Shown here in pieces: positions 1 to 8,025 of a stretch of DNA of 12,121 nucleotides. Source of the stretch: Gemmatimonadales bacterium (lineage in GTDB: Bacteria > Gemmatimonadota > Gemmatimonadetes > Gemmatimonadales > GWC2-71-9); the NCBI GenBank assembly GCA_041615815.1, contig JBFJCP010000055.1, positions 1 to 12,121 of the forward strand. The letters are read 5' to 3'. The translations under genes and the position numbers were made by a program. Positions within the stretch are counted from its first letter, which is position 1. Each line of letters starts with the position of its first letter. Under the pieces are notes generated by a model. That model saw nothing but the letters and a program-made list of their open reading frames with translations, did no database searches and was not told where the DNA came from.

Positions 1-8
1 AGTGGATC

Positions 9-581
9 ATGCGCGCGACCATGTTCTTCGTTCCGCTCGTGGGCCTCAGCCTCGCCATGCACGTGGCGTGCGCCCAGGGCAAGCCCGCGGACCGCCAGAT
101 TGCGGAGGCGATCACCCCCCTTCCTGCCGAGCTTCGCGACGGCGCCACCGTCCTGGGGTATCGCGGCAACCGAGTAGTCTCGTTGCGAGAGGGGACCAAC
201 GACATGGTTTGCCTGGCCGACGATCCCCGCGAGGAGGAGTTCCACGTGGCCTGTTATCACGCGTCACTGGAGCCTTTCATGGCCCGAGGACGCGCGCTCC
301 GGGCCGAGGGAAAATCCACTGGTGAGGTGCGGGAGATTCGCGGTCAGGAGATCGAGGCGGGTAGTCTGGCCATGCCAGATCATCCGGCGGCGCTCTATTC
401 ACTCACGGGCGGTACCTTCAACGCCGAGAGCGGCGAGGTGGACGACGCCAGCGGCTTGTACGTCGTATACGTGCCGTATGCGACGGAAGAGACGCTCGGC
501 ATCCCGGCAACCCCCGCCCGGGATCGACCGTGGCTGATGTTTCCTGGCACGCCGTGGGCGCATATCATGATTAGTAGATAG
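9..581 (+). CDS. Exported hypothetical protein (190 aa)
   Basis: N-terminus looks like a signal peptide (MRATMFFVPLVGLSLAMHVACA-Q). Codon usage is GC3-rich and the composition is globular. The mature part has two Cys (MVCLADD, VACYH) and ends in PWLMFPGTPWAHIMI. The true start could be a nearby ATG. Confidence 0.8.
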   Translation: MRATMFFVPLVGLSLAMHVACAQGKPADRQIAEAITPLPAELRDGATVLGYRGNRVVSLREGTNDMVCLADDPREEEFHVACYHASLEPFMARGRALRAEGKSTGEVREIRGQEIEAGSLAMPDHPAALYSLTGGTFNAESGEVDDASGLYVVYVPYATEETLGIPATPARDRPWLMFPGTPWAHIMISR

Positions 582-587
582 TTCAGA

Positions 588-750
588 GGGGCTAGGGACT
601 AGGGGGTCTGGGGTTGGGGACCAGGAGCGGAAGGACCCTTCGCAGTCGCGCCAATGCAGACGGCGAATGGTCACGAAGGCCCGTCACCGCCCGTTTCCAA
701 CCCCTTCACACCCAACCCCTAGTCCCCGTCCCCGAACCCCGAAGCCCCGC
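588..750. repeat. Intergenic imperfect inverted repeat of degenerate G-rich/C-rich heptamers between convergent genes
   Basis: GGGACTAGGGG (595-605) is the exact reverse complement of CCCCTAGTCCC (716-726). GGGGTTGG (610-617) pairs with CCAACCCC (697-704). Left units are GGGGCTA/GGGACTA/GGGGTCT/GGGGTTG/GGGACCA; right units are CCCCTAG/TCCCCGT/CCCCGAA/CCCCGAA. Confidence 0.75.
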
Positions 751-752
751 CC

Positions 753-1214
753 CTACGCCTCCTCCACCTCCGCCGTCCACGCGACCTCGACCGCCCCGCG
801 CAGCGTTTCGGCTGTGGGACACTTGGACTGATGCTTGGCCAACGCGCGATCCACCGTTTCGCGCGTGCCCCTGGGGATCCACAGGCGATAGTGAATCCGT
901 ATCTGCGTGAGCACCGGCACGCCGTCCCGTATCTCGTTGATGCCACGGACCTCGGCGCGAATGGCATCCGGCTCAAGCGTGATCCCGCGCACCTCCAGTG
1001 CGCCGTTGAGAGTGCCAAGCATTCAGCCGCCGGTGGCAGCAACCACGTAGTCCACGGGTAAGGGGATATCCGGCTCTCGGACGAGCTTGTAGTGCTGTTT
1101 GATGGGACCATGTACCCCGAACTCCACCGCCACACCGGCGTCGAGGTGGGCCCGGCGGTGCACACCCTTCACCTTCTCGATGGATGCCGTCGACACGTAG
1201 AGTGGCTCAGCCAT
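753..1214 (-). CDS. OsmC/Ohr-family protein, predicted selenoprotein (153 aa; Sec at TGA 1023-1025)
   Basis: ORFs 1023..1250 and 753..1022 are in the same frame and separated only by TGA (GGC GGC TGA ATG CTT). The joined protein reads ...PVDYVVAATGG-U-MLGTLNGAL...ALAKHQSKCPTAETL.... TGA occupies the first OsmC active-site Cys position and KCP supplies the second. ATG 1214 has AGGAGG upstream (1227-1232) and overlaps the symporter stop. A SECIS-like hairpin follows the TGA. Confidence 0.85.
972..1010 (-). promoter_or_regulatory. Putative bacterial SECIS element
   Basis: On the minus strand, GCGCAC-TGGAG-GTGCGC (1003..987) forms a perfect 6-bp stem. Its loop starts after 25 nt downstream of the UGA and has G as its second base. 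An outer CTCAA/TTGAG pairing is possible (1010-1006 with 976-972). Confidence 0.65.
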
Positions 1215-2679
1215 GACGCGCCAATACCTCCTGTGGAGGGCCTGTCTCACTCCGGGCGCGCCCGTGCACGAGCGTCACACCCACCAACACGAGCGAGCTC
1301 ACGACCAATATAGGAATCAACGGTAAGAAGCCGAACGTCAATCTTGGCGGGATGATCTCGTAGTGGTAGCCGAAGAGCAGGATCTGGCCCACGAGGATGG
1401 ATGCAATGCACGCTCCCGCCCCGACACGACGCCAGTAAAGCACCGCGACGGTGGTGGGAAAGAGAATGGCCAGTCCGGTAAATGCCTCGGTGGCGATAGC
1501 GAAGATGGTAGCGGGAGGCTGATACGCGATGGCCAACCCCACCACGGACAGCAAGACCACGAGGGCGCGTCCCAACTTCACCTGGAACTCGATGGACGCG
1601 TGCGGGTTCACGAACCCGAGATAGAGGTCCCGAGTGAGCATCGAGCTGAGCGCGAGGAGCTGCGAATCCATCGTGGACATGAACGCCGCCAGGGCACCGA
1701 CCATCACCAGCGCCGCAAGCCACGCGGGCGCGTGCGCCGCCAACATCATGGGGAGAATCCGGTCCGACTCGTTTCCTTCTAGTCCTGGAAACGTCAAGTG
1801 CCCCAGGACGCCGATGATCACAGGACCAATGAACAGTATGGCGGTCACGACGGGATAGAGGGTCGCTGCCACCCGTAGCGACCGCGCCGTGTCTGGAATA
1901 AAAAACCGCATGAACACCTGCGGGAACATCGGCACCGCCAGCGCGAACAGCAACATGAAGCTGAACCATCGCCTCGGCGTGAAAAAACCTCCTCCGCCCT
2001 CGCGGGTGAACAGCGCTGGCTGAAGCTCCCGGACGCTGGCATTGGCCGACCCCAACCCTCCCAACGCTTGGCCGATATACGCCACTACCAGCACGATGAG
2101 CACGAACATCAGGATGCCCTGGAATACGTCCGTGATCGCCACGCTCCGCATGCCGCCCAGAAACACGTAGGCCACCATGAAGGCGGTGAGTAGCACGGCG
2201 CCCCAGAAGTAAGGAATGGTCTCGCCCGTCAGCTGCGACAGGAGATACCCTGCGCCGATGGGTTGGAGCGCCAGATAGGGGATCGTGAAGAACACCATGA
2301 CCGCAAGGAAAACCACTTGCAGCGGCTTGCTCCGCAAACGATCGCCGATCAGCTCCGGCGGGGTGATGTACCCAGCCGCCTTCCCCAACCGCCAGGCCTT
2401 GTAGCCGATGAAGAAGAACGGCAGCGCCACGAGCGCCGTTCCGAACGACAGGATGCCGTAGTAGCCGTAGCCGATACGATACCCCGCCCCCGCAAACCCG
2501 AGGAAGAAGAACGCACTGAAGTTGGTGGCAATGAGCGTGAAGAAGAGAACGAACGCTCCGACGCCGCGGTTGGCCAGGAAGAAGTCGTCCGGTGTGTTCT
2601 TCCGATAGTGGTATCCCGCGATCCCGATGCCGACGGTGATCACGAGATAGAGCCCGACGATCAGATAGGGGAGCGTCAC
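1207..2679 (-). CDS. Sodium:solute symporter (SSS, PanF/PutP/ActP-like) family protein (490 aa)
   Basis: About 13 hydrophobic segments. SSS motifs: DDFFLANRGVG, ATNFSAFFFLGFAGAGY, YVFLGGMRSVAITDVFQG, AAFMSTMDSQLL. The GTG start overlaps the upstream TGA (GTGA). Substrate cannot be determined. Confidence 0.93.
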   Translation of the reverse strand: MTLPYLIVGLYLVITVGIGIAGYHYRKNTPDDFFLANRGVGAFVLFFTLIATNFSAFFFLGFAGAGYRIGYGYYGILSFGTALVALPFFFIGYKAWRLGKAAGYITPPELIGDRLRSKPLQVVFLAVMVFFTIPYLALQPIGAGYLLSQLTGETIPYFWGAVLLTAFMVAYVFLGGMRSVAITDVFQGILMFVLIVLVVAYIGQALGGLGSANASVRELQPALFTREGGGGFFTPRRWFSFMLLFALAVPMFPQVFMRFFIPDTARSLRVAATLYPVVTAILFIGPVIIGVLGHLTFPGLEGNESDRILPMMLAAHAPAWLAALVMVGALAAFMSTMDSQLLALSSMLTRDLYLGFVNPHASIEFQVKLGRALVVLLSVVGLAIAYQPPATIFAIATEAFTGLAILFPTTVAVLYWRRVGAGACIASILVGQILLFGYHYEIIPPRLTFGFLPLIPILVVSSLVLVGVTLVHGRARSETGPPQEVLARHG

Positions 2680-2915
2680 GGCGCTTTGTCGTCGGGCTCA
2701 TCATCCGGTTCCTCGGACCAGTGCCGCCGGCCGAAGAAGTGGACCGCCACCGCCAGCCCCAACTGCAGGATCACGAAGTAGTAGATCCACTGCGGAAGAT
2801 GCAACGGACCAACCTTCACGGGCCCGTCCCACCACCAGAAGTCGAGGGAGAGCAGGAATAGCGCGGCGAACGCGAGGGTCCACCGCATCATGGATGCGGT
2901 GTCGCGCCGGTTCAT
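2676..2915 (-). CDS. Small two-TM membrane protein accompanying the SSS transporter (DUF3311/DUF997-like, ~79 aa)
   Basis: Two hydrophobic helices flank LSLDFWWW...LPQWIYY, with an acidic tail. It lies directly upstream of an SSS gene, where such proteins are typical. ATG 2915 overlaps the oxidase stop (ATGA). Alternative starts are at 2891 and 2888. Confidence 0.75.
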   Translation of the reverse strand: MNRRDTASMMRWTLAFAALFLLSLDFWWWDGPVKVGPLHLPQWIYYFVILQLGLAVAVHFFGRRHWSEEPDDEPDDKAP

Positions 2916-3985
2916 CTCCTTACGCGCTCCTTGGTGACCTCCCGCACGCTCGTGCATCCGAGGAGCGCAAGCGCTAGCTCCAGCTCGGCCTTGAGCAAAT
3001 CCAGCACTGTGGCAACCCCAGCCTCGCCGGCGGCGGCGAGACCCCAGAGGTAGGGCCGGCCGATGAGAACCCCGCGGGCGCCGAGAGCCAGCGCCTTCAC
3101 CACGTCGGTCCCGCGCCGCACCCCGCTGTCCAGCAGCACCTCCGCCCGCCCGGCGACGGCCTCGACCACCTCCTCGAGCACATCGATGGTGGCTGGCGCA
3201 CCATCCAGTTGCCGCCCGCCATGGTTCGAGACCACGACCCCGGCGGCCCCGTAATCGGGAGCCAACCGGGCATCTTCATCGGTCAGGATTCCCTTGATCA
3301 GCACCGGCAGATCGGTGATGGAGCAAATCCAGTCGATGTCCCTCCAGGTCAGGGACTCGACCAGATAGTCGCTCACGAATTTCTCGATCGCCGATCCCTG
3401 CTGGGCATCGGGCACGGCGGAGAGATTCAGCCTGTCCTTGAAGTTTCGTGGCATGGCCTCTCCCGGCACGGCCGCATGGTTGCGGATGTCCTTTTCCCGG
3501 CGCCCCACGCGCGGGACATCCACGGTGATGCACAGAGCCGTATAGCCGGCTTCCTTTGCTCGCTGGATGAGGCTTTGGGTCAACCCTCGATCCCGCGAGC
3601 AGTACAGCTGGAACCACCGAGTTCCGCCCGCCTCGGCGATTTCCTCCATGCTGGCCGAGGTAAAGGTACTGGCGATCATGACGACGCCCGCCCGCGCTGC
3701 CGCCCGGACCGTGGCGATTTCGGCATCGGGGTGAACCATCCGCTGAAAGGCCGCCGGCGCCAACAGGACGGGCATGGTCAAGCCGTGACCGAGCACCTTT
3801 GTGCTGGTGCTGACCTTGGCCACGTCCACCAGCGTGCGGGGCCGCAGTTTGATTCGCTGGAACGCGGCGCGGTTCTCCCGCAGGGTGACCTCGTCGCCGG
3901 CACCGCCAGACACGTAGTCGAAGGTGTCAGCGGGCAAGCGTTCCCGGGCGAGGGGTTCGAACTCTGCGATGTTGACCGGCTGCAT
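2912..3985 (-). CDS. FMN-dependent alpha-hydroxy acid oxidase/dehydrogenase (glycolate oxidase/L-lactate dehydrogenase/hydroxymandelate oxidase family, 357 aa)
   Basis: Motifs FDYVSGGAGDE, WFQLY, TVDVP..GRRE.D, VLIKGI, SNHGGRQLD, DSGVRRGTDVVKALALGA and GRPYLWGL. Start moved to ATG 3985 (MQPVNIAEF), which has AGGAG upstream. Confidence 0.95.
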   Translation of the reverse strand: MQPVNIAEFEPLARERLPADTFDYVSGGAGDEVTLRENRAAFQRIKLRPRTLVDVAKVSTSTKVLGHGLTMPVLLAPAAFQRMVHPDAEIATVRAAARAGVVMIASTFTSASMEEIAEAGGTRWFQLYCSRDRGLTQSLIQRAKEAGYTALCITVDVPRVGRREKDIRNHAAVPGEAMPRNFKDRLNLSAVPDAQQGSAIEKFVSDYLVESLTWRDIDWICSITDLPVLIKGILTDEDARLAPDYGAAGVVVSNHGGRQLDGAPATIDVLEEVVEAVAGRAEVLLDSGVRRGTDVVKALALGARGVLIGRPYLWGLAAAGEAGVATVLDLLKAELELALALLGCTSVREVTKERVRR

Positions 3986-4142
3986 AGGCGCTCCTGGGAG
4001 GGGGGGTCGGCGGGGTGGAAATTGAGGGGTTGGCCACGGAATCGCCACGGGCCGTGACCGGATGAAATTGTGCGCCATGACCCCCTTCCCTTGTTGGCCG
4101 ATGCGATAGATTCCGGCGTCTTGGACCGGAGCCGTCCCGTTG

Positions 4143-5429
4143 ATGACCGAGGTTCACACCCCATCCCGACACCAGATCAGCGCCGAACAGGCGTTCAAGT
4201 TCAACGTGATGATGCAGCGGGTCCTCGCGGCCAACACCTTTTATAAGGCGCGCTGCACCGTAGCGGGCTTCACCGCAGACCATCCACCCACCCTCGAAGA
4301 GCTCGAGCAGATTCCCTTCACTCGCAAGGCTGAACTGGTCGAGGATCAAGGCCGGTATCCCCCCTACGGGACCAACCTCACGTTTCCCGAGAGCGAATAC
4401 ACGCGGCTGCATCTGACGTCCGGCACGAGTGGCCATCCGCTCAGGTGGTTGGACACGGCCGAGAGCTGGCAGTGGTGGCTGGAGTGCTGGAAGGAGGTGT
4501 ACCGATCGGCGGGTGTCACCGATCGCGACCGAGTCTTCGTGGCGTTCTCGTTTGGGCCCTTCATCGGATTCTGGACGGCGTTCGAAGCCGGGCAGCTGCT
4601 GGGCCCCATGATGTTGGCCGGGGGCGGGCTCAGCACCAAGCAACGGGTGGAGACCATCATGGAGCACGGCGCGACCGTCGTCGTGTGCACGCCCACCTAC
4701 GCGTTGCGCATGGCCGAGGTGGCCCGTCAGGACCATATCGACCTGATGGACAGCGCCGTGCGTCTCACCATTCACGCCGGTGAGCCCGGGGCGAGCGTTC
4801 CCAACGTGCGGTCGCGGATCGAACAGGCGTGGGGGGCCCGCTGCGTCGACCACGCCGGCGCCACAGAGGTGGGCGCGTGGGGGTTTGGGTGCGGGATCGA
4901 CAACACGATGCACATCAACGAGTTGGAATTCATTGCCGAGGTGATCGATCCCGACACCGGGAAGCCCGCACCAGTCATCGATGGCGTGGAGCGCGGCGAG
5001 TTGGTGCTCACCAATCTGGGCCGCATTGGGAGCCCGGTCATCCGATACCGCACCGGGGATCTCGTGGAAAAAGTCGCCGGAGGCTGTGCCTGCGGCCGCG
5101 AGTTGGTGGCGCTGCGGGGTGGGGTGCTCGGACGCATCGACGATATGGTGATCGTGCGAGGGATCAACGTGTTCCCATCTGCCATCGAGAACATCGTGCG
5201 GGAGTTCGGCGACATCACCGAGTTCGAGATGGTGGTGGAGCGCAAGCAGGAGATGGCCGAGCTTCTCGTGAAGATCGAGATCGCGGATACCGCCAAGAGT
5301 GCCGTGCATGAGGCGTTGGCCGAGCGAATCTATCGCCGGCTCAATCTGCGACCCGCGGTCGAGGTCGTGGATGAGGGGAGTCTGCCACGCTACGAGCTCA
5401 AGGCGCAGCGCTTCAGAAAGAACCTTTGA
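4143..5429 (+). CDS. Phenylacetate-CoA ligase (PaaK)-family adenylate-forming enzyme, copy 1
   Basis: Motifs IPFTRK, P-loop TSGTSG, AGEPG, GATEVG, ELVLTNL, IRYRTGD, GRIDDMVIVRGINVFPS and C-terminal LPRYELKAQRF. Start is ATG 4143 or TTG 4140. Confidence 0.92.
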   Translation: MTEVHTPSRHQISAEQAFKFNVMMQRVLAANTFYKARCTVAGFTADHPPTLEELEQIPFTRKAELVEDQGRYPPYGTNLTFPESEYTRLHLTSGTSGHPLRWLDTAESWQWWLECWKEVYRSAGVTDRDRVFVAFSFGPFIGFWTAFEAGQLLGPMMLAGGGLSTKQRVETIMEHGATVVVCTPTYALRMAEVARQDHIDLMDSAVRLTIHAGEPGASVPNVRSRIEQAWGARCVDHAGATEVGAWGFGCGIDNTMHINELEFIAEVIDPDTGKPAPVIDGVERGELVLTNLGRIGSPVIRYRTGDLVEKVAGGCACGRELVALRGGVLGRIDDMVIVRGINVFPSAIENIVREFGDITEFEMVVERKQEMAELLVKIEIADTAKSAVHEALAERIYRRLNLRPAVEVVDEGSLPRYELKAQRFRKNL

Positions 5430-5440
5430 GGGAATTGGCC

Positions 5441-5564
5441 GTTGTCAGTTACCCGCCGCCTGTCATCCGTCAAGTTCAAGTTGAGGTCTGGCAACGAGAG
5501 GTCTAGCTTGCCACAGATCCGTAATGTTTATGATTCGGCCTGACGGCAACGGGTAACTGACAAC
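5441..5564. repeat. 124-bp element bounded by a perfect 15-bp inverted repeat between convergent genes
   Basis: GTTGTCAGTTACCCG (5441-5455) is the reverse complement of CGGGTAACTGACAAC (5550-5564). Pairing extends imperfectly inward (GCCTGTCA / TGACGGC). There is an inner TGGCAA (5489-5494) / TTGCCA (5508-5513) pair. Confidence 0.85.
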
Positions 5565-5578
5565 AACGAGATTGCTTG

Positions 5579-6649
5579 TTAGTGCGAGCCCGCTCCGGCG
5601 GGATCGCGGGCCGGCGTCTGGCTTGGCTGACTTCGAGCCACAGGACGCCCAATGGCGTCACCGATGACGCTTACATCATCACAGACCGATCGGAACTCCT
5701 CGAGGGACAACGTCTGAAATCCGTCGGACCACGCCCGATCGGGATCATAATGCACTTCAATAATCAGGCCATCCGCACCGGCCGCCACGGCAGCTCGACT
5801 CACTGCCTTTACCAAACTACGCTTGCCCGTGGCGTGACTGGGATCCACGATCACGGGCAAATGTGAGAGTTCCTTCAAGACTGGGACGGCATTGATGTCG
5901 AGACTGTTGCGTGTGTACGTCTCGAACGTGCGAATGCCGCGCTCGCACAGCAACACATTGCCGTTCCCGTGCGAGAGGATGTACTCGGCGCTCAGCAAGA
6001 ACTCCTCGATGGTAGACATCATGCCGCGCTTCAGGAGCACCGGCATGCCCGTCTCACCAGCGGCGTGCAGCAGCATGTAGTTCTGCATGTTGCGGGTGCC
6101 GATCTGCAGCACGTCCGCGTACTTGGCCACGAGCGGCACGTGCTCCGACGAGAGGACCTCCGTCACGATGGGAAGGCCGGTCTCCTCCCGCGCTGCCGCC
6201 AAAATCTTGAGCCCCTCTTCAGCGAGTCCTTGGAAGCTGTATGGCGAGGAGCGTGGCTTGAACGCGCCACCGCGAAATAGCGTAGCCCCGGCCTTCTTGG
6301 CCCCTTTGGCGATCTTGATCACCGATTCCGGTGTCTCCACCGAGCACGGGCCAGCCATGATCACTAGCTCCGTACCCCCGATCACCCGACCACGAACGTC
6401 TACGGTGCTGGGCTCCGAGCGAAACTCTTTGCTCGCCAGCCGGAACGGCCGGCTCATGGGGCGGACTTGCTCCACGCCACGGAGCATCGTGAGCACGTTG
6501 GGGTTCAGTCCCTTCACGTCGCCCGTGAGGCCGATCAGCGTGTGGCCGTTCTGCAACGAGATGTGGGTCTTCAGACCCAGACTCCGTGCACGGCGAACGA
6601 CGTAATCGGTGTCGCGCTCGCTGGCGCCCGGTTTCATGACAATGACCAT
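5579..6649 (-). CDS. aroF: 3-deoxy-7-phosphoheptulonate (DAHP) synthase, class I-beta with N-terminal ACT-like domain (356 aa)
   Basis: Regulatory N-terminus begins MVIVMKPGA. Motifs [57 protein letters not shown] and SDG.Q. SD-like GGAG upstream. Confidence 0.96.
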   Translation of the reverse strand: MVIVMKPGASERDTDYVVRRARSLGLKTHISLQNGHTLIGLTGDVKGLNPNVLTMLRGVEQVRPMSRPFRLASKEFRSEPSTVDVRGRVIGGTELVIMAGPCSVETPESVIKIAKGAKKAGATLFRGGAFKPRSSPYSFQGLAEEGLKILAAAREETGLPIVTEVLSSEHVPLVAKYADVLQIGTRNMQNYMLLHAAGETGMPVLLKRGMMSTIEEFLLSAEYILSHGNGNVLLCERGIRTFETYTRNSLDINAVPVLKELSHLPVIVDPSHATGKRSLVKAVSRAAVAAGADGLIIEVHYDPDRAWSDGFQTLSLEEFRSVCDDVSVIGDAIGRPVARSQPSQTPARDPAGAGSH

Positions 6650-6660
6650 GCTCCGCTCCC

Positions 6661-8016
6661 TTACCCGACCACCGGCCCGCGGTGATCCGTAAACCGTTTG
6701 GCCTTGAGATCGAACCGTGGCAACGTGCCGAACGGAACCGGGGTCACCACCGCACGGATGCCGATACCGGCGCGAATCTCTTTGGCCACGGCGGCGGCAA
6801 CGTCATCGGCGCTGCCGTTTCGGACCTCGAGACGCACTTCCATGTCGTCCAGTTCTTTCTTGCGGTACACGTCGACCGCGAACTCACCCACTTCGGGGAA
6901 CCGCCGTACAATGTTCTCGATGGCGCTGGGGAAGACGTTCACGCCACGGACGATGACCACGTCGTCGATCCGTCCGATCACGCCACCCTCGAGCTGGATG
7001 TAGCTGCGGCCGCATTCGCACGGCTCAGACGCGAGACGTCCACGATCGCCCGTGCGGTACCGAATGATGGGCATCCCGAGTCGTCCGAGGTTGGTCATGA
7101 CCAGCTCGCCCTCGGTGGAAGGCTGGAGCGTGAGCGGGTCGATCACCTCACAGATGAACTCGCCCTCGTTCACGTGGACGCCACCCTGGGCCTGGCACTC
7201 GAACCCCCACGCGCCCACTTCGGTGGCACCAGCATGGTCGTAGCACCGTGCGCCCCAGGCGTGCTCGATTCGCTCCTTGGTGCCGGAGACGCTGGCGCCG
7301 GGCTCTCCGGCCTGGATGGTGATGTTGACGCTGGAGTTGGCCAGGTCGATGCCCTCCTGCTCCGCCACTTCCGTAAGATGCAAGGCGTAGGTGGGCGTGC
7401 AGACGAGGACCGAGATGTCGTGGTCGAGGATCGCCTTGGCCCGCTGGTAACTGGACATGCCACCACCCGGCACGGCCAGCGCGCCAATGAGCTGCGCACC
7501 GTGATAGCCGCTCCAGAATCCGATGAACGGACCGAAGGAGAAGGCAAAGAAGATCCGATCCCGTTCCGTGACTCCCGCCGCGCGATACACGCTGGCCCAG
7601 CAGCGAGCCCACCAGTTCCAGCTGTCTTCGGTATCCAGCCACCGGAGCGGCTCACCGGTGGTGCCCGACGTCTGGTGGATGCGGGTGTATTTGTCGCGCG
7701 GGAACGTGAGGTTCGTCCCATAGGGCGGCGTCTCCGCCTGATCCGCCGAGAGATCCCGTTTCGTGGTGAACGGCAGCTTCCGGAGGTCTTCCATGGTCTT
7801 GAGCTCCGCCGGCGACCGTAGCCCAGCTCCCATCAGCTTCTTCTTGTAAAAGGAATTGGAAGCCAGGACGGGCCCCAGGATGAGCTGCAGCTTCTTCAAT
7901 TGAATCTGTTGCAGCGCGTCGCGGCCCAGCGTTTCGACGAACGGGTCGAGGTAACTCGTATCCAGGGGGCCGCGCAGCAGGTTGCTGGGGCCGATCTCGG
8001 TCAGGGTGGCGATCAC
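6661..8016 (-). CDS. Phenylacetate-CoA ligase (PaaK)-family adenylate-forming enzyme, copy 2 (451 aa)
   Basis: Motifs [51 protein letters not shown] and [11 protein letters not shown]. The GTG start is preceded by GAGGTG. Confidence 0.92.
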   Translation of the reverse strand: MIATLTEIGPSNLLRGPLDTSYLDPFVETLGRDALQQIQLKKLQLILGPVLASNSFYKKKLMGAGLRSPAELKTMEDLRKLPFTTKRDLSADQAETPPYGTNLTFPRDKYTRIHQTSGTTGEPLRWLDTEDSWNWWARCWASVYRAAGVTERDRIFFAFSFGPFIGFWSGYHGAQLIGALAVPGGGMSSYQRAKAILDHDISVLVCTPTYALHLTEVAEQEGIDLANSSVNITIQAGEPGASVSGTKERIEHAWGARCYDHAGATEVGAWGFECQAQGGVHVNEGEFICEVIDPLTLQPSTEGELVMTNLGRLGMPIIRYRTGDRGRLASEPCECGRSYIQLEGGVIGRIDDVVIVRGVNVFPSAIENIVRRFPEVGEFAVDVYRKKELDDMEVRLEVRNGSADDVAAAVAKEIRAGIGIRAVVTPVPFGTLPRFDLKAKRFTDHRGPVVG

Positions 8017-8025
8017 GTTTTCACC

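Noticed and set aside
753..1250. Two separate small genes (1023..1250 and 753..1022), or a nonsense pseudogene
   Set aside because: The halves make one OsmC-like domain, the stop falls at the catalytic Cys position, a SECIS-like hairpin follows, and ATG 1022 has no SD. A pseudogene cannot be fully excluded without the rest of the genome.
1247..2704. 485-aa alternative-frame ORF over the symporter (likewise 10071..11516 over the antiporter)
   Set aside because: Arg/Gly/Ala-rich with no motifs, typical of off-frame ORFs in GC-rich membrane protein genes.
3986..4078. Pro-rich N-terminal extensions of the oxidase (to 4078), lyase (to 8796) and flavodoxin (from 9595)
   Set aside because: Internal ATGs with SD motifs coincide with the start of family similarity, and the extensions read like translated intergenic DNA.
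4143..5429. Assigning paaK and phenylacetate catabolism
   Set aside because: Only family-level motifs are present, there are no other paa genes in the window, and the context is biosynthetic.
3927..7821. Long antisense ORFs 3927..5309 (-) and 6682..7821 (+) that resemble each other
   Set aside because: They are shadows of the two paralogous ligase genes. GC-rich codon bias explains their length, and the sense-strand paralogy explains their similarity.
4143..8016. Invertible segment bounded by the inverted ligase paralogs
   Set aside because: The compared nucleotide block is diverged at synonymous sites and there is no recombinase in the window.
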